From: a virus
Strand: one strand, 5' to 3'
Virus record (IMG/VR): IMGVR_UViG_3300009008_000005
Location: 116,826-180,825 of that record
DNA length: 64,000 nucleotides
This document shows, piece after piece, positions 1 to 8,867 of the stretch. Position numbers and translations under genes: made by a program. A model generated the notes under the pieces. The model was not told the origin of the DNA, did no database searches, and saw only the letters and a program-made list of their open reading frames with translations. Position 1 is the stretch's first letter. Each line of letters opens with the position of its first letter.

Positions 1-265
1 TTCCAGGTGCGCTTATATCCCGTAGCACGATCTGCCCGATCATGGGATCCTCTCGACTACCTAGAAAGAACGCATAGTGGCCGGGTTTCTCTGCACGTGT
101 GAAGTAAAGCCCGTTCCGCTCATGTTCGTCCACTACCTTGAACCTAAGGTACTCGGTGGACTGCCCTGAGGATGTGCCTTTGCCTTTAGGAATAGCCATT
201 GACCACCTCCCTGACGTACATGGTAACACGCACGTATGGCGTGCAAAAAGTAAATACCTTTGGGG

Positions 266-271
266 GATAAG
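266..271 (+). promoter_or_regulatory. NATAAG variant of putative phage promoter box
   Basis: GATAAGAAAGG about 30 nt before the SD-led ATG at 298; ATAAGAAAGG recurs at 3247. Confidence 0.35.
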
Positions 272-297
272 AAAGGTAGAACCTAAGGAGGTAAGCC

Positions 298-534
298 ATG
301 CCGATCATACCGATACCACATGACGAACTCAAAGCGTCGCTAGACTACTTCACCGCTAACCTAGAGGCGAACCTCTTCCGGTTCAGAGTGCTCGAACCGC
401 ATCTGGCCCTCTCTTCTGTCTACGTGCGACCTGCCAGTATGCTTCGGCAGAGGCTACGAGTGTTCCCTTCTGTCTCTATGCGCACACATATCGATACGCC
501 TGAGCGTAGGATAGAAGTGCACATAAACTGGTAG
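298..534 (+). CDS. hypothetical protein (78 aa)
   Basis: AAGGAGGT SD before ATG; no recognisable motif. Confidence 0.6.
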   Translation: MPIIPIPHDELKASLDYFTANLEANLFRFRVLEPHLALSSVYVRPASMLRQRLRVFPSVSMRTHIDTPERRIEVHINW

Positions 535-589
535 CTCTGGTGCAAAAAAACTCTGGCCTCTCTTTGCTTAAAGAAATACATGATCCAGG

Positions 590-595
590 TATAAG
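590..595 (+). promoter_or_regulatory. TATAAG putative phage promoter box
   Basis: CCAGGTATAAGA at 585-596 is identical to 4290-4301; intergenic. Confidence 0.5.
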
Positions 596-771
596 AGAAT
601 CAAGCCGAACCAGCCGACTCCCATATTTTGGTTTGTCCGCTGCCGAGGCTTTTATATAATTGTGGGCGTGCGTTGCTGCTCAAACAGTTGTCCTGGATCC
701 TGACTCCGCACCAGGGGAAGGGCACTGTATCTGTGACGGGGAGCCGTAGGAGCCTTGATCCAGTCATGGAA

Positions 772-800
772 TAAAGGAGGGGGATTAGCCCCCCTTCTTT
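772..800 (+). terminator. hairpin, probable intrinsic terminator
   Basis: AAAGGAGGGGG-attag-CCCCCCTTCTTT inverted repeat with T-rich end. Confidence 0.55.
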
Positions 801-868
801 ACATGCAAAAACTGGCTATAAAAAGAGATAAGAATAGTGAACCCCAACCGTACCTTAGGAGGTGCACT

Positions 869-1273
869 ATGTCCGAGAAGCTGCAGATTCATCTCTACCG
901 TGGACTCCCTGGCTCCGGCAAGACCACCGCTGCCCAGAAGAACCACCGCTACGTCTTCGAAGCGGATGAGTTCTTCATGGTGGGGGACGAGTACAAGTTC
1001 AACCCCCGCAACATCGGCGACGCTCACGACTGGTGCCAGGCCAGGGTGAAGCGGGCCCTGTTCCAGGGGAAGACCTGTGCGGTGTCCAACACCTCCACCC
1101 GCCGCTGGGAGGTCGCCCAGTACCAGCAGATCGCCGACATGTTCGGTGCCGAGCTGGTGGTCCACCACTGCACCGGGAAGTTCGAGAACGTCCACGGCGT
1201 GCCGGAGGATGTGATCGAGCGGATGGGTGACCGGTGGGAGGCCTGGGACGGCGAGGAGACCTACGAGGACTAG
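869..1273 (+). CDS. P-loop kinase/NTPase (AAA_33 / N4BP2-like), 134 aa
   Basis: GLPGSGKTT Walker A, EADEFF, AHDWCQ, VSNT motifs; AGGAGGT SD before ATG 869; strong C/G third-position bias. Confidence 0.8.
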   Translation: MSEKLQIHLYRGLPGSGKTTAAQKNHRYVFEADEFFMVGDEYKFNPRNIGDAHDWCQARVKRALFQGKTCAVSNTSTRRWEVAQYQQIADMFGAELVVHHCTGKFENVHGVPEDVIERMGDRWEAWDGEETYED

Positions 1274-1296
1274 ATCCATTCAGGGGGGAGTGGGAG

Positions 1297-1322
1297 AAGG
1301 GGGCGCTCTGCGCCCCCTTTTT
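1297..1322 (+). terminator. intrinsic terminator
   Basis: AAGGGGGCGC-tct-GCGCCCCCTT followed by T run, just downstream of the kinase gene. Confidence 0.75.
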
Positions 1323-1328
1323 ACCACC

Positions 1329-1706
1329 CTACTTCTTACGTAGAAGTCTGTGCTCCTCTACCTCTGGTCTCTCCGCTGCACGTGTGCATAACCTGGCGCA
1401 GTCCTCTTCGGTCTGTGCTACATGACCACTAGCGATCTTCTCTCCGCTACCGGCGAGGATGTACCAGGCTCGTGTGTAGTACCTCGTCGTCTCTGTCCAG
1501 ATCTGTAGGATCTCTCCATGCGCAGGGGTGAACGTGAATGTGACCTGCTTCAACTCCCCTCCACATCCAGGGCAGGTGTAGTGTGCATCATTGAGTACCA
1601 CCTGTCCCGTGGAGGAACAAGCTTCGCATTTAGGTAGTCCTAGTGTGGGCTCTTTACGAGCGTACCAGACCCTCTCTCCCACCGTGTGGGGAAGCTCTAT
1701 TCGCAT
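1329..1706 (-). CDS. hypothetical zinc-ribbon protein (125 aa)
   Basis: CEAC...CPGCGG cysteine pairs. Confidence 0.6.
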   Translation of the reverse strand: MRIELPHTVGERVWYARKEPTLGLPKCEACSSTGQVVLNDAHYTCPGCGGELKQVTFTFTPAHGEILQIWTETTRYYTRAWYILAGSGEKIASGHVAQTEEDCARLCTRAAERPEVEEHRLLRKK

Positions 1707-1724
1707 GTTGTACCTTGGGTTAGG

Positions 1725-3167
1725 TTATAGGCGACTAGCAGTCTTGTATAGGTCCAGAGCCATCCCGAGCTTGGTGGGCTCCTTCTTCTCCTTACCCTTC
1801 TTCATAGCAAAACCTGCCGACCCACCAGCCGCAGCTACGCCGCCCCATGCACCTACGCTCTTGCCGGTCTCCTTCTTCAGAGTCTTGTGTGCAGCGTCGG
1901 CCTTAGTCTTCTTTAGACCCAGGAGGACCGAATCCCGATTCATCCTCTTCTTAGCCTTGTGCTTTCGCAGATGTCCCTTCAGGTCCAGAGGGCCCTTTGC
2001 AGGGGTGTTAGATTCAAGGAAAGTCTTCGCTGTGGATTTTATCTGCCCTTTAAGTTCCTTATTGGCCCTAATAACATTCGGAATACCTTCACGAGTTCCC
2101 TTGAAGGTCATAACGTCCTTACCCTTACGGAGGAGATCCATCGCCTTTCCTGCGGTCTTGCTCATCTTAGGTGCTTCAGTTGGTTTAGGGGCCATTGTAG
2201 ATTTACCACCCATCCAACTGGGTGTTTTAGTAGGCTTAGCTGCTGCGGGAGTAGACTGGTTCAAAGGGGCCTTACCGGCCATGTAACGTGTATGGTCCAT
2301 GCCACCAGTGTATCCCTGCGGTGCGTAGGATTTCTGTGTAGCTCCGTAGGCAGATGCATTGGACTTAAGATTAGTCTTAGCACTACTAGAGTGTCCACCC
2401 ATCCAAGTCGGCATCGCCTGACGCATTTTCAGCCTTCCAGCCTTTGCTCTGCTGGATGCGATGGCCTTATTCACACCGCCTGTGAGCCAACCCCCTTTTG
2501 CGGGCTGGGCAGCTTGAGCTTTCCTAGTAAGCGCAGCAGGCCTAGGTGCAGGTCCACGGGACATGGGCAGAGTCCTGGCTCCTCTCTGACCAAGAGGCAT
2601 AGCCGACCTTGTGCGAGCTGCGTTACCAGCAGCAGCACGTACGTCAGCGTAGCTGGCCTGTGCACGCTTCAGCATGGACTCCCCGTTACGAATCTTCCCT
2701 GCCTTCTTATCCTTGGATCCGCTCGTTGCTGTATTCATCTCGTTAGCCTTTCGTGGTAGCTCCTTCACAAACTTAGACCTCTTCACAACAGTCTTTACTG
2801 CTGCCGATGACTCCTTCTTCATAGCCTTCCGACCTAGAGCTGCGCCGCCACCGATAGCTCCCCACGCACCAAGACCCTTCAGGGTCTCCTTGCCCAAAGT
2901 GTTGCGGGCTGTTTCCCTATCCATGCCTGCCAAGATATGATCTTTACGGTTTCTCTGCAGTAGGTCCTTTGAGGCCTCTACCATCTGTGCTCTCAAGGAG
3001 CCTTTAGCTCCCGGGTCCTTAGCTGCTGCTTCCGATAAGGCTTCTGCGTCAAGGTCCAGGGCCTTCATCTTCCTTCTAGACGATAGGTAATCACGTCCAG
3101 AGGACCTGGCCTTACCGAAGCTGAAGATCTCCCCGGTTCTCTTTAGACCTCTGCGCACCTTTCCCAT
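1725..3167 (-). CDS. basic K/A/G-rich protein resembling the virion-arm internal proteins (480 aa)
   Basis: GGAGGT SD before MGKVRR; two GAWG-type glycine-rich segments; C-terminal KTAS. Confidence 0.7.
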   Translation of the reverse strand: MGKVRRGLKRTGEIFSFGKARSSGRDYLSSRRKMKALDLDAEALSEAAAKDPGAKGSLRAQMVEASKDLLQRNRKDHILAGMDRETARNTLGKETLKGLGAWGAIGGGAALGRKAMKKESSAAVKTVVKRSKFVKELPRKANEMNTATSGSKDKKAGKIRNGESMLKRAQASYADVRAAAGNAARTRSAMPLGQRGARTLPMSRGPAPRPAALTRKAQAAQPAKGGWLTGGVNKAIASSRAKAGRLKMRQAMPTWMGGHSSSAKTNLKSNASAYGATQKSYAPQGYTGGMDHTRYMAGKAPLNQSTPAAAKPTKTPSWMGGKSTMAPKPTEAPKMSKTAGKAMDLLRKGKDVMTFKGTREGIPNVIRANKELKGQIKSTAKTFLESNTPAKGPLDLKGHLRKHKAKKRMNRDSVLLGLKKTKADAAHKTLKKETGKSVGAWGGVAAAGGSAGFAMKKGKEKKEPTKLGMALDLYKTASRL

Positions 3168-3279
3168 AGGAACCTCCATACACACGGATTATCGCACCCG
3201 CCTAGGCCACGATGCAAGCGCAGGGGTATTTCAACGAAATACGGGCATAAGAAAGGTGGACGATCAGAATGGAGGTGAC

Positions 3280-3513
3280 ATGAGTATAGGAAGAGATCTC
3301 CCCTTCGACATCCTGGAGGTGCTGAAGAATGCGGAGTTCGCCCTGGACTATATAACCGAAACGGGGAGGCAGAGCAGTACCTATCACACAGCTACCGACA
3401 TCGTTATCCGTAGGGTAAGGGAACTCGGTGACATGTACCAGGATCTCACCTTCCAGACCATACTTGACCCACGCAACCGGATAATCCGAGTGGAGGTGTT
3501 CCAAAATGAGTAA
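3280..3513 (+). CDS. hypothetical protein (77 aa)
   Basis: CATAAG box at 3246 and GGAGGT SD before ATG 3280; overlaps the next start. Confidence 0.65.
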   Translation: MSIGRDLPFDILEVLKNAEFALDYITETGRQSSTYHTATDIVIRRVRELGDMYQDLTFQTILDPRNRIIRVEVFQNE

Positions 3514-4237
3514 GCTGCGGAACCGTTTCTACATCAAGATTGAGTTCGCCTACGCCGATGAACCGGCGAAGACGCACGTCATGAGGAAGCTGTTCTACAC
3601 GTACAGCGGTGCCGTCACGTACCGCACCACGTTGAACAGCTCCGAAGGTGCGCACATGAGACTGCAGGGCGAGAGAGTCATCGTCTCGAAGATCGGGCCG
3701 GTGGAACCCTTGCATAAAAGAGACACGGAGGTGGAGGAGATGCCGGAAGAGCAGCAGAGCACAGGGACGAAGATCTGGACAGGGAAGGCGAAGCACGCAT
3801 GGGGCGAGAGGTCCGTGAACGAGTCCTTCGGCTACCTACTCGGGCAGTGGAAGTTGAAGAGACTGCTGCGGAAGGGGGACACGGCCTACCTGCAGTTCTT
3901 CTCCTCCGACGACACCTGGAAGATCGTCGTGGAGAAGGAGAACGGCAAGTTCGTTCGCATGGGCGTCAAGTGCCCGTTCTTCGAGGGGACCTTCCGATAT
4001 GGCCAGGCCGTCTTCCGCACCCCTTTCACGGACAACGACCCACAGGAAATCCTGGAGCAGCTCGACGACACCCACGCCCTCTACGGACTCGGCAACGGGT
4101 TCACCTGGACCGAGATGGAGGCCGAGGAGGTCGAAGAGGAGGTCGAAGAGGACGCCACGGATGCTACCGAGACCGTCCTGCTCGACGAGGATGACCTCCC
4201 GGAGAATGCGCCTCCACCGGAGCAGCACATCCACTAG
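3506..4237 (+). CDS. hypothetical protein with acidic C-terminal tail (243 aa)
   Basis: long ORF with coding-type codon bias; EEVEEEVEED tail. Confidence 0.75.
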   Translation: MSKLRNRFYIKIEFAYADEPAKTHVMRKLFYTYSGAVTYRTTLNSSEGAHMRLQGERVIVSKIGPVEPLHKRDTEVEEMPEEQQSTGTKIWTGKAKHAWGERSVNESFGYLLGQWKLKRLLRKGDTAYLQFFSSDDTWKIVVEKENGKFVRMGVKCPFFEGTFRYGQAVFRTPFTDNDPQEILEQLDDTHALYGLGNGFTWTEMEAEEVEEEVEEDATDATETVLLDEDDLPENAPPPEQHIH

Positions 4238-4262
4238 AGTGGGTTGCACCCTCACGTGAGAT

Positions 4263-4285
4263 AAGGCCCTGCGGGGCCTTTTCTT
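4263..4285 (+). terminator. intrinsic terminator
   Basis: AAGGCCC-tgcg-GGGCCTT followed by TTCTT. Confidence 0.7.
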
Positions 4286-4294
4286 AGTTCCAGG

Positions 4295-4300
4295 TATAAG
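4295..4300 (+). promoter_or_regulatory. TATAAG putative phage promoter box
   Basis: CCAGGTATAAGA immediately after a terminator and 33 nt before the SD-led start at 4328. Confidence 0.55.
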
Positions 4301-4327
4301 AAAAGCAGACAAAAATGGAGGTGACTA

Positions 4328-4633
4328 ATGGGTGAAGTACTGACAACGGCTGCGCAAGTTGAAGCTTTGGTCGCACTCGATCACGCCCCGGATGTGGGGA
4401 TCGGTCGGACTGCCATCGTGGAGCTTGTGCAGAAAGCTAAAGTGTCCGAGGAGCGATTGCAGGTCATCGGGTCCAGCCGGTCCCAGCTCCTCACGTTCAT
4501 CCTGAACCAGGGTAGCTGCTGCCAGGGTCATGATGATTGCATGCACGGATATGAGGAGGCTTCCAACGGGTCCAACTGCAGGGCTTGTTGGCTGGCCTTC
4601 TCCGAACGAAGCCTCGCAAGGAGAGATACATGA
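4328..4633 (+). CDS. hypothetical protein, Cys/His-rich C-terminus (101 aa)
   Basis: GGAGGT SD; CCQGHDDCMHG and CRAC; ATGA overlap with next gene. Confidence 0.65.
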   Translation: MGEVLTTAAQVEALVALDHAPDVGIGRTAIVELVQKAKVSEERLQVIGSSRSQLLTFILNQGSCCQGHDDCMHGYEEASNGSNCRACWLAFSERSLARRDT

Positions 4634-4998
4634 AGATCCAGTACCAGGTCGAGAAGGGAGCCGACAAGCTCGTGGCGTTCCTCGCCGGATGCGTCGGTCA
4701 CGCCTTCGTGAACGGAGATACCAAGAACCAGTCCATCATGGCCATCATCGGAGAGCCGGGGAAGAAGTCCACGTCGATTCACGTGATCAACTCCCAGGGC
4801 GGCAACGGCCCCAAAGAGATCGTGTTCCGTGAGTTCGTGAAGGCCGACAAGGTGGGAGAGTGGAAGTTCATCCTCCAGCCCACGTCCGTCCGGATCGAAT
4901 ACGACGGCAAGGCCGATGCCTGTCCCTACTTCTCGAACGACATCCTGACCAACAGGTTCGTCCTCCAGAACGACCTGAAAATGGCCAGCAGCCAGTAG
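4630..4998 (+). CDS. hypothetical protein, paralog family member 1 (122 aa)
   Basis: GGAG SD, ATGA coupling; shares N- and C-terminal patterns with the next three genes. Confidence 0.7.
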   Translation: MKIQYQVEKGADKLVAFLAGCVGHAFVNGDTKNQSIMAIIGEPGKKSTSIHVINSQGGNGPKEIVFREFVKADKVGEWKFILQPTSVRIEYDGKADACPYFSNDILTNRFVLQNDLKMASSQ

Positions 4999-5006
4999 GA
5001 GACAGC

Positions 5007-5432
5007 ATGTCTGACGGCGTCATAGCTGTATCCATTGAAATCCTAACGAAGGAGGGGGTGGAGAAATTCAAGAGGTGGCTGACCATCCGACTGGGCCTCA
5101 TGCTCATGAATGGTGACATCAACACCTTCTCGGAAACCACCTCCTTCCTCTACCCTAGGAAGGAGAAACTGGTCACGGAACCGGAAGAGTACATCACGGA
5201 GCTGCGCCTTATCCGGATGACGGACGATGTGCAGTCCTTCGAAATAAACTACTTCGCACGGCCCAAGGGGATCCGACTGTTCGAATCCAAGTGGTGGTTC
5301 AACATCCTGACCAACAAGGCGTTCCTGGTCATGAACGGGCACCGGAGTAGCAACCACCTCTTCGCCAATGCGGACCTCAAACCCTTCGGCGATAAGGTCT
5401 ATGTACAAGGTCAACTGGAGGCACAAGCATGA
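5007..5432 (+). CDS. hypothetical protein, paralog family member 2 (141 aa)
   Basis: AGGAG SD; KFKRWLTIRLGLMLMNG and VMNGHRSSNHLFANADL. Confidence 0.7.
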   Translation: MSDGVIAVSIEILTKEGVEKFKRWLTIRLGLMLMNGDINTFSETTSFLYPRKEKLVTEPEEYITELRLIRMTDDVQSFEINYFARPKGIRLFESKWWFNILTNKAFLVMNGHRSSNHLFANADLKPFGDKVYVQGQLEAQA

Positions 5433-5902
5433 AAGACGTGAATCTCGAATATAGAATGCTCGTTCCGGAGACCCGGAAGACATTCCGGCGTTGGATCGCC
5501 GCACATCTGGGATCAGCCATCGTGGCTGGCGTCATGAGGACTCCGAAAGGGAGGTCCGCCCCGATCATTGACGTCACGATCGGGGACTACAGCACGTACA
5601 TCGAGCACCTCAAGGCGTCGAACGACAACGGGCTGGAGAAGATCTCCCTCTCCTTGCTGCACAAGACGGATGAGGTGAAGGCCGGGAGGCAGTCCCACTG
5701 GGATACCCTCTGCGACTGGATGATCCACCTCGGCGAGAAGGAGTGTTACGTCGTGTTCGAGGGCGACGAAACCTGCAACGCCAACTACCTCTTCACGAAC
5801 GACGACCTCTCAGACCTCGCAGACGAGGTGTGGTCCGGTGGGGAGTGCATCACGTTCGGCATCGAGACCACCAAGGAAATCGATGCGGAGACCGTGGCAT
5901 GA
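5429..5902 (+). CDS. hypothetical protein, paralog family member 3 (157 aa)
   Basis: GGAGG SD; TFRRWIAAHLGSAIVAG and VFEGDETCNANYLFTNDDL. Confidence 0.7.
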   Translation: MKDVNLEYRMLVPETRKTFRRWIAAHLGSAIVAGVMRTPKGRSAPIIDVTIGDYSTYIEHLKASNDNGLEKISLSLLHKTDEVKAGRQSHWDTLCDWMIHLGEKECYVVFEGDETCNANYLFTNDDLSDLADEVWSGGECITFGIETTKEIDAETVA

Positions 5903-6306
5903 GCGCCCGGGTCGGGTTCAAGATCAAGAGCCGAGCTGCGGACTTCGGGGACTTCCTCATGAAGGTCATCGGCCAGTTCGTTCAGATCTGCTCCACCTGT
6001 GGAGTGGACCAGGACGGAAGTCCGCAGTTCACCTACTCCGAATCTGATGCAGATGGGATCCGGATGTTCATCCTCACCAGGCTGGAGAAAACCCACTACG
6101 TGATGGGGCACTTCCACGTCGACAAGCTTTCCGGGGTGCTGCACGAACACTGTACGTGGTCCTTCATCAGGAAGGACGGCGTGTGGCACGCTCTGTTCGA
6201 GGGTAACGGGAATGGGAGGACTCCGTTCTACCTCCAGTCCCACACCGAGAAGTGGGCGGATACCTTCGGCCCGATCGAAGAGCCTCGTGATGTCCCTCCT
6301 GAGTAA
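5899..6306 (+). CDS. hypothetical protein, probable paralog family member 4 (135 aa)
   Basis: ATGA coupling; DFGDFLMKVIGQF and LFEGNG patterns. Confidence 0.65.
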   Translation: MSARVGFKIKSRAADFGDFLMKVIGQFVQICSTCGVDQDGSPQFTYSESDADGIRMFILTRLEKTHYVMGHFHVDKLSGVLHEHCTWSFIRKDGVWHALFEGNGNGRTPFYLQSHTEKWADTFGPIEEPRDVPPE

Positions 6307-6532
6307 GACCGGGATCGGTAGGTCCAGCGTCTGCGAGAGGGGAAAGAGGTGCTCGGAATGCAAGGGTGATCTGGTCAAGTTCTACACCGGGGACTTCTAT
6401 CTCGGAGACGAGGGGAAGCTCGTGTTCAAGATCTGCTGGAAGTGCCGCTGCGGTAGTGCCTACTACAGCGAGGATGGAGGCAGAGACGCACCGCCCAGGC
6501 TGAAGAGAGCTGCGAAGCTCGTTCTGAAGTAA
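6290..6532 (+). CDS. small zinc-ribbon protein (80 aa)
   Basis: CSECKG...CWKCRCG. Confidence 0.55.
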   Translation: MSLLSKTGIGRSSVCERGKRCSECKGDLVKFYTGDFYLGDEGKLVFKICWKCRCGSAYYSEDGGRDAPPRLKRAAKLVLK

Positions 6533-6534
6533 GA

Positions 6535-6562
6535 AAGAGGGGAGGGGCTTCCCTCCTCTCTT
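6535..6562. terminator. bidirectional terminator-like hairpin
   Basis: AAGAGGGGAGGG-gctt-CCCTCCTCTCTT between convergent genes. Confidence 0.7.
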
Positions 6563-6564
6563 AC

Positions 6565-6837
6565 CTAGCCCTCTTCGATTACTTGTTCAATCTGGTTGAT
6601 CACGACGTCGACTACCAGCCTGTCTATACTGGTCTGCTCGTCTGGCCCAGAATTCTTGTAGGCCTCTGAACATGAGGGGCACAGAACGGCCTTCGCCTCT
6701 CCGTATGGAGTAGCGATGTGCATCTCAAGGAACTCGACGACTGCAGGGTCCTTGTACTCTTCCCTGCAGACTGGACACTCGTGAACACTGAGTGCCTGCC
6801 AAAGTCTCTTACTATCTTCATCGGGCATTGAAATCAC
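6565..6837 (-). CDS. small zinc-binding hypothetical protein (90 aa)
   Basis: CPVC...CPSC; overlaps the upstream stop. Confidence 0.6.
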   Translation of the reverse strand: MISMPDEDSKRLWQALSVHECPVCREEYKDPAVVEFLEMHIATPYGEAKAVLCPSCSEAYKNSGPDEQTSIDRLVVDVVINQIEQVIEEG

Positions 6838-7172
6838 AGTCCAGGTAGTTTCCCCACTCCTACAACAGGAGGCTTGATCCTGTCCAGGATATCTTTGATC
6901 TTGTCTATATGCCCCCCATCCATTATGTCGGGAAAGGCGCTAAGGAGGGAACTGTAGTCCTCATCAGCCTTCTGGAGAGCTTGCCGTGCCTTGCCTATCT
7001 CTCCATTGGACACATAGCTCATCGCATCCTCGATGTAACCGCTTATGTCGCTACTGCTGCCCTCGATCTGATCCGTGATCTCAGTAGCACAGTCCTCCAG
7101 ATAATCCTCTAGGTCACTGCTGAGGTCCTCGATGAGGTCCAGCTCCGAGTCCAGGCTTATGTTATCGTCCAT
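6834..7172 (-). CDS. acidic helical hypothetical protein (112 aa)
   Basis: GGAGGT SD; very D/E-rich. Confidence 0.65.
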   Translation of the reverse strand: MDDNISLDSELDLIEDLSSDLEDYLEDCATEITDQIEGSSSDISGYIEDAMSYVSNGEIGKARQALQKADEDYSSLLSAFPDIMDGGHIDKIKDILDRIKPPVVGVGKLPGL

Positions 7173-7193
7173 AATAAACCTCCATAGAACATC

Positions 7194-7496
7194 CTAGGGC
7201 CTGGGGTTGCGTGCCGCAAGTCTCTGCAACCTTGTGCCCTTGCTGAAAACCGTGTCCCCTTCTTTAGGGATGGGCCAGTCTATGTTGAAAGTAACGTCGG
7301 GTGTGACGCATACCGGGTAGCTGTTTGAACCTCGCTCCCCTAGACAGGTGACCTTTGCGTGCGTGATGTAAGGAGTAAATTCAAACTCGATATCTGCAAG
7401 CTGTTGGTCGGTGGCCCGGTCCAACACTGTCAGCTGGATGCCGCCACCCACCCCATTCATGGTGAGGTGGAGGACGACACCCTCAGACTTATACAC
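7194..7496 (-). CDS. hypothetical protein (100 aa)
   Basis: start overlaps the end of the AP2 gene; same operon. Confidence 0.55.
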   Translation of the reverse strand: MYKSEGVVLHLTMNGVGGGIQLTVLDRATDQQLADIEFEFTPYITHAKVTCLGERGSNSYPVCVTPDVTFNIDWPIPKEGDTVFSKGTRLQRLAARNPRP

Positions 7497-8823
7497 GTAC
7501 GGACTTCTCGGAGACGTGGGCGATCTGGACCAGGAGATCCATGTAGGCCTCCTGCGAAAGCTCAGATGCGTACTTCTTGGAGTAGTCCACGAGCCAGGCA
7601 GAGACCTCCTGCCTGGAGAGCGTCCCGTTGGGGGAGGCGGGTGCAGGTTCGGCGGGAGCCTCGGGCTTCTTGGTGGCCAGGAGAGACGGCTGTACCGCCT
7701 CCACCTTGACAGGCTTACGGGTGGCCGGCTTCTCCTCCAAGGTCATGAGAGCATTCGGCCTACGCTTGGACCAGCGGCGGATCGTGCAGAACTTGGCGGG
7801 CTTCTTCGTGAGGCGAGTCGTGAACTCCATGGCCCAAGTGGGGAGCTTCTCGTACCACCCCTCAGGATCTATGACACCATTGACCTCATCGATCAGTGCA
7901 CCACACCCACTGCAGTGAGTATACGAGCGGCCCCGACCAGAAGTTGCACTGCGCTCGCTCTTGTACCCACAGGGGCAGTCGATGGTGGTTCCCTTACGGG
8001 TCTTCGTGATCTTGGCCTTCTTCCCCTCCAAAGAGAGCAGGAGCTTATGGTGATCCTCAATCTCTTTCTTGCTGTGGTCATAACGGAACGGGCGCTTACG
8101 CAGACGACCGAAGTACTTCGCCAGCATGACGTCGTACCAGAGGCGTCCGGTCTTCGCATCTTTGGCTGCACCCAGGTACAACGTGAAGTTGTCGGTGCTA
8201 AGTCCGAGATCGTCCAGGTGGGTGATGATGATGTGAACGGCGTACTCTCCACGCTCGTTGGGTGCCCTGTTGACTCCCTTGTACCCATGATACTTCTTCT
8301 GGCCCGCAACATCGGGGATGGGGGTGGATACTTCGGTCTTAGGCTCCGGAGAAGCCTTGGCCTCAGCCAGAGTGGACTTGAAAACCTTGGGGTTGAATAT
8401 CGCCATCAGCTCCTCTTCAGGCTTGGCACTGCCGTCGTAGTAGACCCTTCGTCCACAACCTTCGCATCGCCAGTAGTTGAACACAGTCCCCTTCCTAGGG
8501 GCGTGGAAAGTGCACCCGCACTCGCAGGTGACATCGTGAGTACCGTCAAGCCGACCCTTAATCGACGCAGTCCCTTCTTCCGGGAGCATCATGGCCCACA
8601 CGGACTTCTCGACTTCATCCTGTGGATGGTTAGTGTCGTACCTCCCGAGCAGTAGCGCAGCACGGTCCCAAGCCATGGCGGCGTTGGGAGCAGTAAGGAA
8701 ACCACCGAGCGTGATATTGCCCGGCCTGTGAGGGGCACCGATATATGCCCTCCACTTTTTAGATGAGGAATCAAACGTAATACCGTGAAATTCCGGGAAC
8801 TCTTGCCGCTTCACTTCACCCAT
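7489..8823 (-). CDS. protein with two AP2-like DNA-binding domains, each followed by zinc ribbons (444 aa)
   Basis: FHGITFDSSSKKWRAYI...LGGF...AAMAWDRAA and YKGVNR...YLG...WYDVM; CECG/CEGCG and CPCG/CSGCG; GGAGGT SD. Confidence 0.7.
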   Translation of the reverse strand: MGEVKRQEFPEFHGITFDSSSKKWRAYIGAPHRPGNITLGGFLTAPNAAMAWDRAALLLGRYDTNHPQDEVEKSVWAMMLPEEGTASIKGRLDGTHDVTCECGCTFHAPRKGTVFNYWRCEGCGRRVYYDGSAKPEEELMAIFNPKVFKSTLAEAKASPEPKTEVSTPIPDVAGQKKYHGYKGVNRAPNERGEYAVHIIITHLDDLGLSTDNFTLYLGAAKDAKTGRLWYDVMLAKYFGRLRKRPFRYDHSKKEIEDHHKLLLSLEGKKAKITKTRKGTTIDCPCGYKSERSATSGRGRSYTHCSGCGALIDEVNGVIDPEGWYEKLPTWAMEFTTRLTKKPAKFCTIRRWSKRRPNALMTLEEKPATRKPVKVEAVQPSLLATKKPEAPAEPAPASPNGTLSRQEVSAWLVDYSKKYASELSQEAYMDLLVQIAHVSEKSVRV

Positions 8824-8861
8824 CGCATACCTCCCTGGTTGTAGCTCTTTCGGCTGGGACT

Positions 8862-8867
8862 CTTATA
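8862..8867 (-). promoter_or_regulatory. TATAAG putative phage promoter box (minus strand)
   Basis: CTTATA on + strand, about 40 nt upstream of the AP2 gene start in a divergent intergenic region. Confidence 0.5.

Noticed and set aside
138-323. 61-aa TTG-start ORF
   Set aside because: No SD; it runs through the promoter-like box and SD of the 298 gene.
785-2759. ORFs 785-1279 (-), 1591-2286 (+) and 1959-2759 (+)
   Set aside because: Shadows of the kinase and the 480-aa basic gene; no independent support.
7411-8655. 414-aa + strand ORF
   Set aside because: Antisense shadow of the AP2 gene; no SD or motif; such frames are common opposite GC3-biased genes.
7489-8823. HNH-AP2 homing endonuclease
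   Set aside because: No HNH or other nuclease motif recognised; only AP2-like and zinc-ribbon segments.
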